DNA of 64,000 nucleotides from an uncultured Eubacteriales bacterium (GTDB taxonomy: Bacteria > Acidobacteriota > Aminicenantia > Aminicenantales > Saccharicenantaceae), in assembly GCA_964585685.1 (NCBI GenBank), contig CAZPEP010000005.1, positions 17,783-81,782 on the forward strand, given 5' to 3'. Each line of letters starts with the position of its first letter. The stretch's first letter is position 1. A program made the translations under genes and the position numbers. The notes beneath the pieces were generated by a model that had not been told where the DNA came from, did not search any database, and saw only the letters and a list, made by a program, of their open reading frames with translations. Positions 19,345-27,829 of this stretch are shown here, piece after piece.

Positions 19345-20316
19345 ATGTTGGTCATTTCTGAACAGGATGCGCGCGTCTTGGTGAACGTTGAAGACGCCAT
19401 CGCCGCGGTCGAAAAAACCTTCGCCGCCATGGCGCGCGGCGAAGCCCGTAATTACCCTGTCGTGCGTGAGGTGGTGGGCTATCAGGATGCCGTGTATGGC
19501 GTCAAGACCGGCTGTGACACCAGAGCTCCAATTCTTGGCCTCAAGGCGGGCGGTTACTGGCCCCATAATTTAGAGAAGGGGTTGACCAATCACCAGTCCT
19601 CGACCTTGCTGTTCGATCCGGAAACGGGCCGCGCCTCGGCCCTGGTCAGCGCCAACTACCTGACCGGGGTACGTACTGGAGCCGCCAGCGCCATCGCCAC
19701 CAAGTATCTGTCACGCCCCAACAGCACCGTGCTCGGCATCATCGGCACCGGCGCCCAGTCGGCCTACCAGCTGCGCGCTACCCTGGCCGTGCGCCCCATC
19801 CGCAAGGTCTATGCCTGGGACCCGTCTGCGGAAAATCTCGCGACTTTCGGCCGCACGGTGGCGGAATTAGGACTGGAATACGCCCCACAAACCGAGTGCC
19901 AGACAGTGGCTGTCAATGCCGATATTCTGATCACCGTCACGCCCTCGCAGAGGGCCTTGGTAGAAAAATCCTGGGTGCGTGCCGGCACCCATATCAGCGC
20001 CATGGGGGCCGACACCAAGGGCAAGCAGGAGTTGGATCCCGCCTTGGTGGCAAGCGCTGCCTTGTTCGCGGATGAGGCCGCACAGGCCTTCACCATCGGC
20101 GAATGCCAGCATGCCTATAACGCCGGGCTGATCACGGACCAGAGCTTGCGCGGCAGCATCGGCGCGGTCATTGCAGGGTTCTGCGATGGACGGCGAACAG
20201 CACAGGAAATCACTCTCTTCGATGGCACTGGTGTGGCCTTGCAGGATCTGGTGGTAGCCGACCTTGCCGTGCAACTGGCCACAGAGCGGGGCCTTGGCTC
20301 CCGCGTCGAGTATTAA
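19345..20316 (+). CDS. ornithine cyclodeaminase / mu-crystallin family protein
   Basis: 323 aa. OCD/mu-crystallin Rossmann segment VLGIIGTGAQSAYQLRA and overall colinearity. 24 bp downstream of DSD1 gene (likely operon). Confidence 0.8.
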   Translation: MLVISEQDARVLVNVEDAIAAVEKTFAAMARGEARNYPVVREVVGYQDAVYGVKTGCDTRAPILGLKAGGYWPHNLEKGLTNHQSSTLLFDPETGRASALVSANYLTGVRTGAASAIATKYLSRPNSTVLGIIGTGAQSAYQLRATLAVRPIRKVYAWDPSAENLATFGRTVAELGLEYAPQTECQTVAVNADILITVTPSQRALVEKSWVRAGTHISAMGADTKGKQELDPALVASAALFADEAAQAFTIGECQHAYNAGLITDQSLRGSIGAVIAGFCDGRRTAQEITLFDGTGVALQDLVVADLAVQLATERGLGSRVEY

Positions 20317-20379
20317 GGCTGCGCTGATTAAGGTCCCCTGCAATGGACGCTGATCAAGAACTCGAATTCGAGCATTACC

Positions 20380-20664
20380 GTGGGGGACCACGCGGCGCGA
20401 AGAGTTCTTGAAGACGATGGAGGCCATTGTGTGCCCTGGGCAGCATTTTACGAGGGCATCGAGCCGCACTACCCCAAGGCCGGCAACGGGCGCCCGCCCA
20501 TCGGCCTGGAGCGTATGCTGCGCACCCACTTCATAGAGCACGGGTTCAACATGGCCGATCTGTCCTGCGAGGAAACGTTGTACGACAGCGCCAGCCTGCA
20601 CCGCTTTGTGGGTATCGATCTCGGCCGCGAAAAAATAGTTTTTCGGAGAAGGCGTCTTAAATGA
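20380..20664 (+). pseudogene. IS5-family transposase, N-terminal fragment (remnant)
   Basis: VPWAAFYEGIEPHYPKAGNGRPPIGLERMLRTHFIEHGFNMADLSCEETLYDSASLHRFVGIDL matches the conserved N-terminal region of IS5/InsH-like transposases. The ORF stops after ~95 aa with no DDE domain. A likely frameshift sits near 20425. It abuts a very low-GC gene at 20661. Confidence 0.65.
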
Positions 20665-21311
20665 AAAAATTAAGGTATTCTGCAGTTATGTTTGATTTGT
20701 TGACGGCACTTTTGGATTCTTGGACGGTATGGACAGAAGTTGCGGGCGATGAAGCTACAGCAAAAAAATGGCGATTGAAGTATCTTCATCTAACCTATGG
20801 ACAAGGGGCATATCGGCCATATGAAGAGCTTGTCACCCTGGCTGCCAAGGAAACTGGCCTGCCACAATCTTACACCGACAAGCTTGTTGGGAATTGGAAG
20901 AATATCAAGCCGTGGACAGAAGTTAAAGAGGTTCTAACCGAATTGAAAAAGCATGTTCCCTTAGCAATGGTTACTAACTGCTCGCAAGTTCTCGGGTACC
21001 AGGCGGCCGATCTTTGTAAAGTTAAATTTGATGTTGTGGTTACATCGGAACGGGCAGGATTTTATAAACCTAACCCTGCTCCGTACAAGCTTGCGATACA
21101 AGAATTGAGTATTGAACCCCAAGAAATATTGTATGTTTCCGGTTCTGCTTTTGACATTCCGGGGGCTATGAATGTGGGAATGGATGTTTATTGGCATAAC
21201 CGGATTGGCATGGTCAAACCCGAAGAGGTCCCGGAGCCTATGATAACGACCACTAGCCTTATGCCGCTTAAGGATTTTATTTGGAAGGCTAAGGGTGAGG
21301 TGGGTAGGTGA
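20661..21311 (+). CDS. HAD-superfamily hydrolase-like protein (2-haloacid dehalogenase-like)
   Basis: 216 aa. N-terminal VMFDLLTALLDSW resembles HAD motif I region (second Asp not conserved). ~40% GC by eye, far below host, suggesting foreign origin. Confidence 0.5.
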   Translation: MKKLRYSAVMFDLLTALLDSWTVWTEVAGDEATAKKWRLKYLHLTYGQGAYRPYEELVTLAAKETGLPQSYTDKLVGNWKNIKPWTEVKEVLTELKKHVPLAMVTNCSQVLGYQAADLCKVKFDVVVTSERAGFYKPNPAPYKLAIQELSIEPQEILYVSGSAFDIPGAMNVGMDVYWHNRIGMVKPEEVPEPMITTTSLMPLKDFIWKAKGEVGR

Positions 21312-21477
21312 AGGGCGACGGTAAGGAGTGCCCATACGCCTGTTACGGGAGCGCCATATTCTCAAGCCGTAGTCATGGGAAACAAGGCTGCAAGAATCCC
21401 TGAGCGGCAAGCAAATGAACCGGCCTATGAACCATTTGTTTGCTCAAAACCTTGTTCTGCTGAAATACTGACAGGAG

Positions 21478-22278
21478 ATGGGATTGGAACTCGCGCACGA
21501 CATTCGAAAACTAGCGTTGCGCGCCGGAGCTGATTTCTTTGGCGTCGCCGACCTTGCCCCGGCTTACGATGCAATTCTGGAGCAGGGCGGAGAATCCGTT
21601 GCGCGATTCCCGCGCGCGATTGCCATCGGCATAGCTTTGTCTGATTCCATCATCAACTTGCTCCCGCAACAGACGGATGCACGCGTCGCGCAGAGATACC
21701 AGGGTGTTTATGATGAGACGAATCAGAAGTTGGACCAGATTGCTTCACGCGTAGTCGGTCGACTGCAAACGGCTGGAGCCACCGCGTTGGCTGTATATGC
21801 GTCGCGGAAGGTCGACGCAGATGGATTTTACGGCAGCTTCTCGCACAAGATGGCAGCCCATCTGGCGGGACTGGGCTGGATTGGGAGGAGTTGCCTTCTG
21901 ATCACGCCAGAGGCGGGTCCGCGGGTCCGTTGGGTTACAGTCTTGACAGATGCACCGCTGGCAGCGACGGGGCAGGCCTCCGACGAGAAATGCGGTACGT
22001 GCCGGCTATGCGTAGATAAGTGCCCCGCAAGAGCCTTCACGGGGAAGCCCTTTCGAGCGGGAGAACGCCGTGACATACGTTTTGCAGTCCGGGATTGCGT
22101 AAACTGCAGGAAAGAAATGGAAGAGAAGAGGGGCTGTCCTGTGCTATGCGGCATATGCGTTGCTGTCTGCCCACACGGGAGACGGCGTGATCCGAAAAAC
22201 CATTTCCGTGCATCCAAAAATATAAGGGAAGAGTTAGGTAAAGATTTGGACAAAGATAAGGAAAGAGCTAAACGATAA
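21478..22278 (+). CDS. 4Fe-4S ferredoxin-domain protein (QueG/reductive-dehalogenase-like C-terminal region)
   Basis: 266 aa. Two Cys clusters CGTCRLCVDKCP and CVNCRK...CPVLCGICVAVCP. Confidence 0.45.
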   Translation: MGLELAHDIRKLALRAGADFFGVADLAPAYDAILEQGGESVARFPRAIAIGIALSDSIINLLPQQTDARVAQRYQGVYDETNQKLDQIASRVVGRLQTAGATALAVYASRKVDADGFYGSFSHKMAAHLAGLGWIGRSCLLITPEAGPRVRWVTVLTDAPLAATGQASDEKCGTCRLCVDKCPARAFTGKPFRAGERRDIRFAVRDCVNCRKEMEEKRGCPVLCGICVAVCPHGRRRDPKNHFRASKNIREELGKDLDKDKERAKR

Positions 22279-22647
22279 AGAAACGTTACGCCATCTGTGG
22301 TCTGCGCGGCCGGGAAATGTATCGTTTTGTCCTGCTGCAGATTGGCAGGAATCATCCCGGAGGCCCAAATTTAATCTGAACATTAAGAGAGTTGACAGGT
22401 GTTAGATACCCCAGTAAATCCCTTGTCCATCAACTTCTGTTTCGCAAGTTCCAACCCGTCCACCGGCGTCCGCCCTTGGCATCTCTTGCGCTAGCGCGCG
22501 TGAGCACTATTGTAGTGCTCCGGCCATTCGTCAAGGTCCTTCTGCATTTCCTCCACGCTCCGATAAAGTGCCTTAGCGAGGACGGGTTATGCCCCACGCC
22601 GTCCCCAACCCAAAATGATTATGGAGATTGTTTGGCCGCTTCGCGGC

Positions 22648-23430
22648 TCACTTCCAATGTTCGTTTGGATTCCCGCGAAGCCCCCGGGCCTGCCGACGAG
22701 TTTCTTTGGGCCGTAATTTCCCTTGCATCTCGCGCCACACCTGGTTAATATGCTGCAGGGAAAGACGATAGGCCTGATCGGCATTATGATTTGTGATGGC
22801 GTTCAGGATTTTCAGGTGAGGGGACCGCGAGGCCTTATGCGCCTCAAGATCGGGCGCGTCGATGTGACGGGCGGCCAGGAGCGCCAGGCGCATGGTATGA
22901 CCGATTTGGGCGATCAACTCGTTTCCGCAAGCCTCTAATATCGCCGTATGGAATTGCACATCGAGAACCAGGATGCTTTCGACGGCATCGGGAGGCTGAT
23001 TCGCTATGGCTGTGGCTATTTCCTCATATATGGAACGGATTCGTTCTATGTCCTCCGGCTTCCCTCTTTCGGCCGCCAGCCTCGCGGCTTCGGATTCGAT
23101 GATCCGGCGGACTTCCATGATATTTCTCAGGAACTCCGCATTATTCTCAATCTCTGATTTCCAGATGAGCACGTCCGGATCGAATAAATTCCAAGAATCG
23201 CGGGGACAAATTACCGTTCCGGTTCTCGGCCTGGATTCGATCAATCCTTTCTGAATGAGGACTTTGGTCGCTTCGCGCAGCACCCCGCGGCTGACGCCGA
23301 GCTCTCCGCACAACGTATCTTCGTTGTGGAGGGTGCCTCCCGGGAGATATACGCCGCGGATAATCCTCAACCCCAACTCATCGACGACATATTGATACAA
23401 TTTGCGGCGAATTTTTTTAGCGTTGATCAT
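22648..23430 (-). CDS. GntR-family transcriptional regulator (FCD subfamily)
   Basis: 260 aa. wHTH (LPGGTLHNEDTLCGELGVSRGVLREATKVLIQKGLIESRPRTGTVI) plus FCD-like helical domain. Divergent from esterase-like gene at 23856. Confidence 0.75.
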   Translation of the reverse strand: MINAKKIRRKLYQYVVDELGLRIIRGVYLPGGTLHNEDTLCGELGVSRGVLREATKVLIQKGLIESRPRTGTVICPRDSWNLFDPDVLIWKSEIENNAEFLRNIMEVRRIIESEAARLAAERGKPEDIERIRSIYEEIATAIANQPPDAVESILVLDVQFHTAILEACGNELIAQIGHTMRLALLAARHIDAPDLEAHKASRSPHLKILNAITNHNADQAYRLSLQHINQVWREMQGKLRPKETRRQARGLRGNPNEHWK

Positions 23431-23706
23431 GGCCCGTCCATCATCGAGCTAAAATAATTATATCATATCAGCGGTGTCCAGTTACAAGTTGAACAAAGAT
23501 AAGGGCAGTTTCTTCTTGATAACCGCGCCGAGCGCGTAAGCTGTGATGGCCACCCGGACTTATGTCCTCACCGCGTTCTCCGACGTCCCATAAAACGACT
23601 TGATCCGCTTCGTTAACTGGACACTGCTGGTATCATATTGTGTCTCTTTTGGCCCGGGAATAGGATGCGGTGCTTCGGGAGCGTAGAAGCTTTGGGGAAA
23701 TTATTC

Positions 23707-23742
23707 TTGACAATAAGCTCCGCGTTAATGATAATATCATTA
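23707..23742 (+). promoter_or_regulatory. sigma70-like promoter (TTGACA-17-GATAAT) overlapped by 17-bp palindromic operator TAATGATAATATCATTA
   Basis: TTGACA at 23707-23712, GATAAT at 23730-23735, perfect palindrome 23726-23742. It lies between the divergent GntR gene and the secreted esterase-like gene. A flanking 11-bp inverted repeat GTGTCCAGTTA / TAACTGGACAC sits at ~23473 and ~23616. Confidence 0.4.
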
Positions 23743-23855
23743 TATGATTATGCAGTGATGCCCGGTTGCATGTTGAATAAAAATAGTTTGTTTCCGGTAT
23801 CGGCCATCGATTAATAATGGGGTAAAATCCGATTTCGGCCCGGGAGGTTCAAACG

Positions 23856-25604
23856 ATGAAACAATTCCGTAAATCCGTCCATCATGCGATCATTTCGGCC
23901 CTGGCGGCGGTTTTCTTCGCCGGATTGCCCGTATTCGCCGCCCCCGGACTCAAGTTCGGTGTCGGCTTTCCCTCCGAAAGATCCAGGACTCCTCTCGATG
24001 GCCGAGTGCTCCTCCTGATTTCGACCGACGGCAAGGAAGAGCCTCGTTTCCAGATCAGCGAACTCCTCGATACGCAGCTCGTATTCGGAATCGACGTGGA
24101 GGGCCTGGCTCCCGGAGCTGAAGCGGTCGTCGATACTTCAGCCTACGGCTTTCCCCTCCGCAGTCTGGCCGAGCTTCCCCGCGGCGAGTACTTCGTCCAG
24201 GCGCTTCTCCATCGGTACGAAACATTTCATCGGGCCGACGGCCATGTCGTCAAACTCCCCATGGACCGCGGCGAAGGCCAGCTCTGGAACCTCGCGCCCG
24301 GGAACCTCTTCAGCGCGCCGCAGAAAATGTTCCTCGATCCGGCCGAAGACAAGACCATCCGGATCGCCCTGGATAAAGAGATTCCGCCTATCGATCCGCC
24401 CAAGGACACGAAGTACGTCCGGCACGAGAAGATCCGGAGCCAGCTCCTGACCAAGTTCTGGGGCCGTCCCATGGAACTCGGTGCGTGCCTTCTTCTTCCG
24501 GAAGGATTCGACGAGCACCCGGAAGCCCGGTATCCCCTCATGGTTTTCCATGGCCATTTCCCCAGGACGGTTTCCTCCTTCCGGGAAACGCCGCCCGACC
24601 CCAACCTCCCTCCCGACGATTACGACCCGTTCTGGGGGATGTCGGGGTACAACCGGGTTGAGCAGCAGTATTCTTACGAGTTTTTCAAGGAATGGACCGG
24701 CCCCAATTTCCCGCGCGTGATCGTCCTGGAAATCCAGCACGCGAACCCGTATTATGACGATTCCTATGCGGTCAATTCCGCCAACGTCGGCCCCTACGGG
24801 GACGCCATCGTTCGCGAGCTCATCCCCTATATCGAAAAAAAGTACAGGGGGATCGGCCAGGGATGGGCCAGGTTTCTCTATGGAGGATCGACCGGCGGCT
24901 GGGAAGCGGCTGCTGCCCAGATTTTTTATCCGGACGAATTCAACGGATGCTACGCGGCATGTCCCGACTCATTAGACTTCCGGGCATACCAGCTCGTCAA
25001 TATTTATGGGCAGAAAAACGCCTATGTCATGGACAGTCAATGGAAAAAGACGGCCCTGCCCGGCTTCCGGGATTACCTCGGCCAGGTCTCGGCGACTATC
25101 CAGGAGATGAACCAACTGGAGCTGGCTATCGGGACGCATTCCCGCTCCGGGGGGCAATGGGATATCTGGCAGGCGGTGTACGGACCGGTCGGGCCGGACG
25201 GCTACCCAGCCCCGATCTGGGACAAGGTCACGGGGCAGATCGACCCCAAGGTCGCCGAATACTGGAAAGAAAACTACGACCTGAGGCACATCCTCGAGCG
25301 GGACTGGAAAACCCTGGGGCCGAAGCTTCGAGGGAAGATCAACATCTATGTCGGGGACATGGACACCTTTTATCTCAACAACGCGGTCTACCTGACGGAA
25401 GCGTTTCTTAAGAACGCCAAAGATCCCGCGTTCGAAGGGGAGATCGATTACGGTGACCGGGCAGAGCATTGTTGGAACGGTGACCACAATCGTCCCAACG
25501 CCATCGCTTGTCTTCGTTTTCACCAGATGTACATCCCCAAGGCCGTCAAGCGGATGGAAAAAACGGCCCCCCCCGGCGCCGACCTCAAAACCTGGAGATA
25601 TTGA
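23856..25604 (+). CDS. secreted alpha/beta-hydrolase-fold protein, putative esterase
   Basis: 582 aa. Signal peptide (ALAAVFFAGLPVFAAPG). Esterase-like segment LYGGSTGGWEAAAAQIFYPDEFNGCYAACPD. Confidence 0.45.
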   Translation: MKQFRKSVHHAIISALAAVFFAGLPVFAAPGLKFGVGFPSERSRTPLDGRVLLLISTDGKEEPRFQISELLDTQLVFGIDVEGLAPGAEAVVDTSAYGFPLRSLAELPRGEYFVQALLHRYETFHRADGHVVKLPMDRGEGQLWNLAPGNLFSAPQKMFLDPAEDKTIRIALDKEIPPIDPPKDTKYVRHEKIRSQLLTKFWGRPMELGACLLLPEGFDEHPEARYPLMVFHGHFPRTVSSFRETPPDPNLPPDDYDPFWGMSGYNRVEQQYSYEFFKEWTGPNFPRVIVLEIQHANPYYDDSYAVNSANVGPYGDAIVRELIPYIEKKYRGIGQGWARFLYGGSTGGWEAAAAQIFYPDEFNGCYAACPDSLDFRAYQLVNIYGQKNAYVMDSQWKKTALPGFRDYLGQVSATIQEMNQLELAIGTHSRSGGQWDIWQAVYGPVGPDGYPAPIWDKVTGQIDPKVAEYWKENYDLRHILERDWKTLGPKLRGKINIYVGDMDTFYLNNAVYLTEAFLKNAKDPAFEGEIDYGDRAEHCWNGDHNRPNAIACLRFHQMYIPKAVKRMEKTAPPGADLKTWRY

Positions 25605-25621
25605 TCAGGAGTCCCCCCAAT

Positions 25622-25677
25622 AAATTATGGATCGAAGAGTGCCGGTTGGACCGGCAATGGGTTTTGCAGACCCGGGT
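25622..25677. other. conserved ~55-nt element, copy B (paired with 6595..6650)
   Basis: AAATTATGGATCGAAGAGTGCCGGTTGGACCGGCAATGGGTTTTGCAGACCCGGGTA. Intergenic, between esterase-like gene and UPF0104 gene. Confidence 0.4.
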
Positions 25678-25864
25678 ACACGGCGGCAAAGTTGACGGCG
25701 GCCGTCACCGGCACCATCAGGGCTTGAAGCCGGTGATAAGGTCAGGCCGCGGATGTCTTCCAGCCGAGTTTATCGGGGAAAGGTCTGGTTTCCCAGAGCC
25801 CTGAGAAGGCGATCCTGCGGGAGCCTAGCCTGGCCGGGCAGAATATGGTAATATCGCGTTCTCG

Positions 25865-26893
25865 ATGAAAAAGCACGGGATCAAGCTGGCCGCTGTCACG
25901 CTCCTGAGCCTGGTGTTCCTCTTCCTGTTCTTCCGGAAGGTCGACTGGGGGCAATTCCTCCGCTACACGACGAGCGCGAACCCCCTCTTCTTCGCCCTCA
26001 TCATCCTTCTCGCCCCTATGCACCTGGCTACTCGGGCGCTTCGCTGGCATGTCCTCCTCAAGTACCAGAAGAAGGGGGTCCGCTTCGCCAGCACGTTTTC
26101 GGCGAACGCCGTAGGATTCACCGTCTCCAGCATATTCCCCGGTCGGATCGGGGAGATCGTCAAACCCCTGTACCTGGCCCGCAAGGAGGGCCTTGGGCCA
26201 GGCTTCTGCCTGGGGACTGTGGTCGTTGAGCGCATCTTCGACATCTTCGTCATGTGCGCCCTCCTGGGCATTTTCCTCATGGCGAAGCCCCTGTACGCGT
26301 CAGCCTTCAGCCTCAGCCCCGAGACGCTGGGCCGGCTGGTCTTCTGGGGACGGATCGGCGTCCTCTTCGCCCTGGCCATCCTCCTGGCCTGTCTCTGCCT
26401 CTACTTCTTCAAGGATGCGACCATGCGTGTCCTGGGGTTCCTTCTGAGGCCCTTCCCGGTGCGCTTCTCCGCCCGGGCCCTCGAGCTTGCCCGCGAGTTC
26501 ATCGACGGCCTGACCTTCTTTCGGTCCGTCGGGGACCTCCTCCTCTACACGGCCCTATCCTTCGTCGTCTGGCTCGGCATCGTCTTTTATTACTGGGTCC
26601 TGTTCTTTGCCTACCGCCAGCCGCAGCCCTTCTTTGTCCTCATTCCTTACGTCTTCCTGACCATGGTCGGGGCGTCCATCCCCACGCCCGGCATGATCGG
26701 GGGGTTTGACTTCTTCAGCCAGCTCGGCATGATGTCCCTCTATGGCCTCGACCGCGACCTGGCCACGGGCATGACGCTCGTCATGCATGCCGTCCAGATC
26801 GGGATGACTTGCCTCGTCGGTTATGCTATATTATGGAAAGAAGGGCTGTCCCTGGTCCAGTTGAAGAGGATGGGGAAGGCCGAAAACCTATGA
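25865..26893 (+). CDS. UPF0104 / lysylphosphatidylglycerol-synthase-TM-region-like (flippase-like) membrane protein
   Basis: 342 aa, ~8 TM helices. Conserved N-terminal pattern FFRKVDW...[17 protein letters not shown]...[26 protein letters not shown] typical of this family. Confidence 0.6.
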   Translation: MKKHGIKLAAVTLLSLVFLFLFFRKVDWGQFLRYTTSANPLFFALIILLAPMHLATRALRWHVLLKYQKKGVRFASTFSANAVGFTVSSIFPGRIGEIVKPLYLARKEGLGPGFCLGTVVVERIFDIFVMCALLGIFLMAKPLYASAFSLSPETLGRLVFWGRIGVLFALAILLACLCLYFFKDATMRVLGFLLRPFPVRFSARALELAREFIDGLTFFRSVGDLLLYTALSFVVWLGIVFYYWVLFFAYRQPQPFFVLIPYVFLTMVGASIPTPGMIGGFDFFSQLGMMSLYGLDRDLATGMTLVMHAVQIGMTCLVGYAILWKEGLSLVQLKRMGKAENL

Positions 26894-27345
26894 GATGCCC
26901 GTTCTGCGGTTTCCTCGAGAGCAAAGTCATCGATTCCCGGGAAAGCAAGAAGGGCCTCTCGATCCGACGGCGCCGGGAATGCCTCTCCTGCAAGCGCCGC
27001 TTCACGACCTACGAGAAGATCGAGGAGATCCCCTACATGGTCGTGAAGAAGGACGGCAGTCGCCAGCCCTTTGACAGCCAGAAGCTCCTGCGCGGGATGA
27101 TGAAGTCCTGCGAGAAGCGGCCCATCCAGATCAGCCAGCTCGAAGAGATCGTCGAGGAGATCGAGACGATGCTCCAGGAGCGGCCGGACAAGGAGATCGA
27201 AGCCTCCGAGATCGGGCAGATCGTCATGGACCGGCTTAAGGCCCTGGACAAGGTCGCCTACGTCCGCTTCGCTTCCGTCTATAGGGACTTCAAGGACGTC
27301 GTCGAATTCAAGCACGTCCTGGAGAATCTCCTGAAGGAAAAGTAG
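26890..27345 (+). CDS. nrdR: transcriptional repressor NrdR
   Basis: [18 protein letters not shown]...[16 protein letters not shown] zinc ribbon plus ATP-cone. ATGA start/stop overlap with upstream gene. Confidence 0.85.
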   Translation: MRCPFCGFLESKVIDSRESKKGLSIRRRRECLSCKRRFTTYEKIEEIPYMVVKKDGSRQPFDSQKLLRGMMKSCEKRPIQISQLEEIVEEIETMLQERPDKEIEASEIGQIVMDRLKALDKVAYVRFASVYRDFKDVVEFKHVLENLLKEK

Positions 27346-27358
27346 GCCCCGACCCGCC

Positions 27359-27811
27359 ATGGTTCGCCGGATCCGCCTCGTCTCGCGAGTCCTCAGGATC
27401 GAAACGGAGGTCCGGAGCTCCGGCGGCGTGGGCTTCGGCCGCGAGGCAGAGCTACCCGGCCTCGACAGGGTCTGGGCCCCGTCGGTGGACGTCTACGAGA
27501 ACGAGAACGAGGTCGTCGTCGAGGTGGAGCTTCCGGGCGTCCTCAAAGAGGACGTCGCGATCGTGCTCCGCGGCGGGCGGATCGAGGTCAAGGGGCTGAA
27601 GAAGGTCCTCCCGGCGGCTGAGGCCGGGGCCCGCTACCATCGCCTCGAGCGGGAATACGGAACGTTCCGGAGGGTGGTCATCATTCCGGCCTCCGTCCTC
27701 GCCGAGCGGGCCTCGGCGTCGCTGGAGAACGGCATCCTGACCGTCCTCCTACGGAAGCCCCCCCGCCGGACCCGGAGGGTCGAAGTCCGGAACGCCGGGA
27801 CCAAGAAATGA
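27359..27811 (+). CDS. Hsp20/alpha-crystallin family small heat-shock protein
   Basis: VDVYENENEVVVEVELPGVLKEDVAIVL...LENGILTVLLRK alpha-crystallin domain signature. Exact start uncertain. Confidence 0.8.
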   Translation: MVRRIRLVSRVLRIETEVRSSGGVGFGREAELPGLDRVWAPSVDVYENENEVVVEVELPGVLKEDVAIVLRGGRIEVKGLKKVLPAAEAGARYHRLEREYGTFRRVVIIPASVLAERASASLENGILTVLLRKPPRRTRRVEVRNAGTKK

Positions 27812-27829
27812 ACCTGGAGGATCGACGCC

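Noticed and set aside
22392-22748. 118-aa ORF in the QueG-like/GntR intergenic region
   Set aside because: No RBS or motif. It overlaps the 3' end of the GntR gene on the opposite strand. Likely non-coding.
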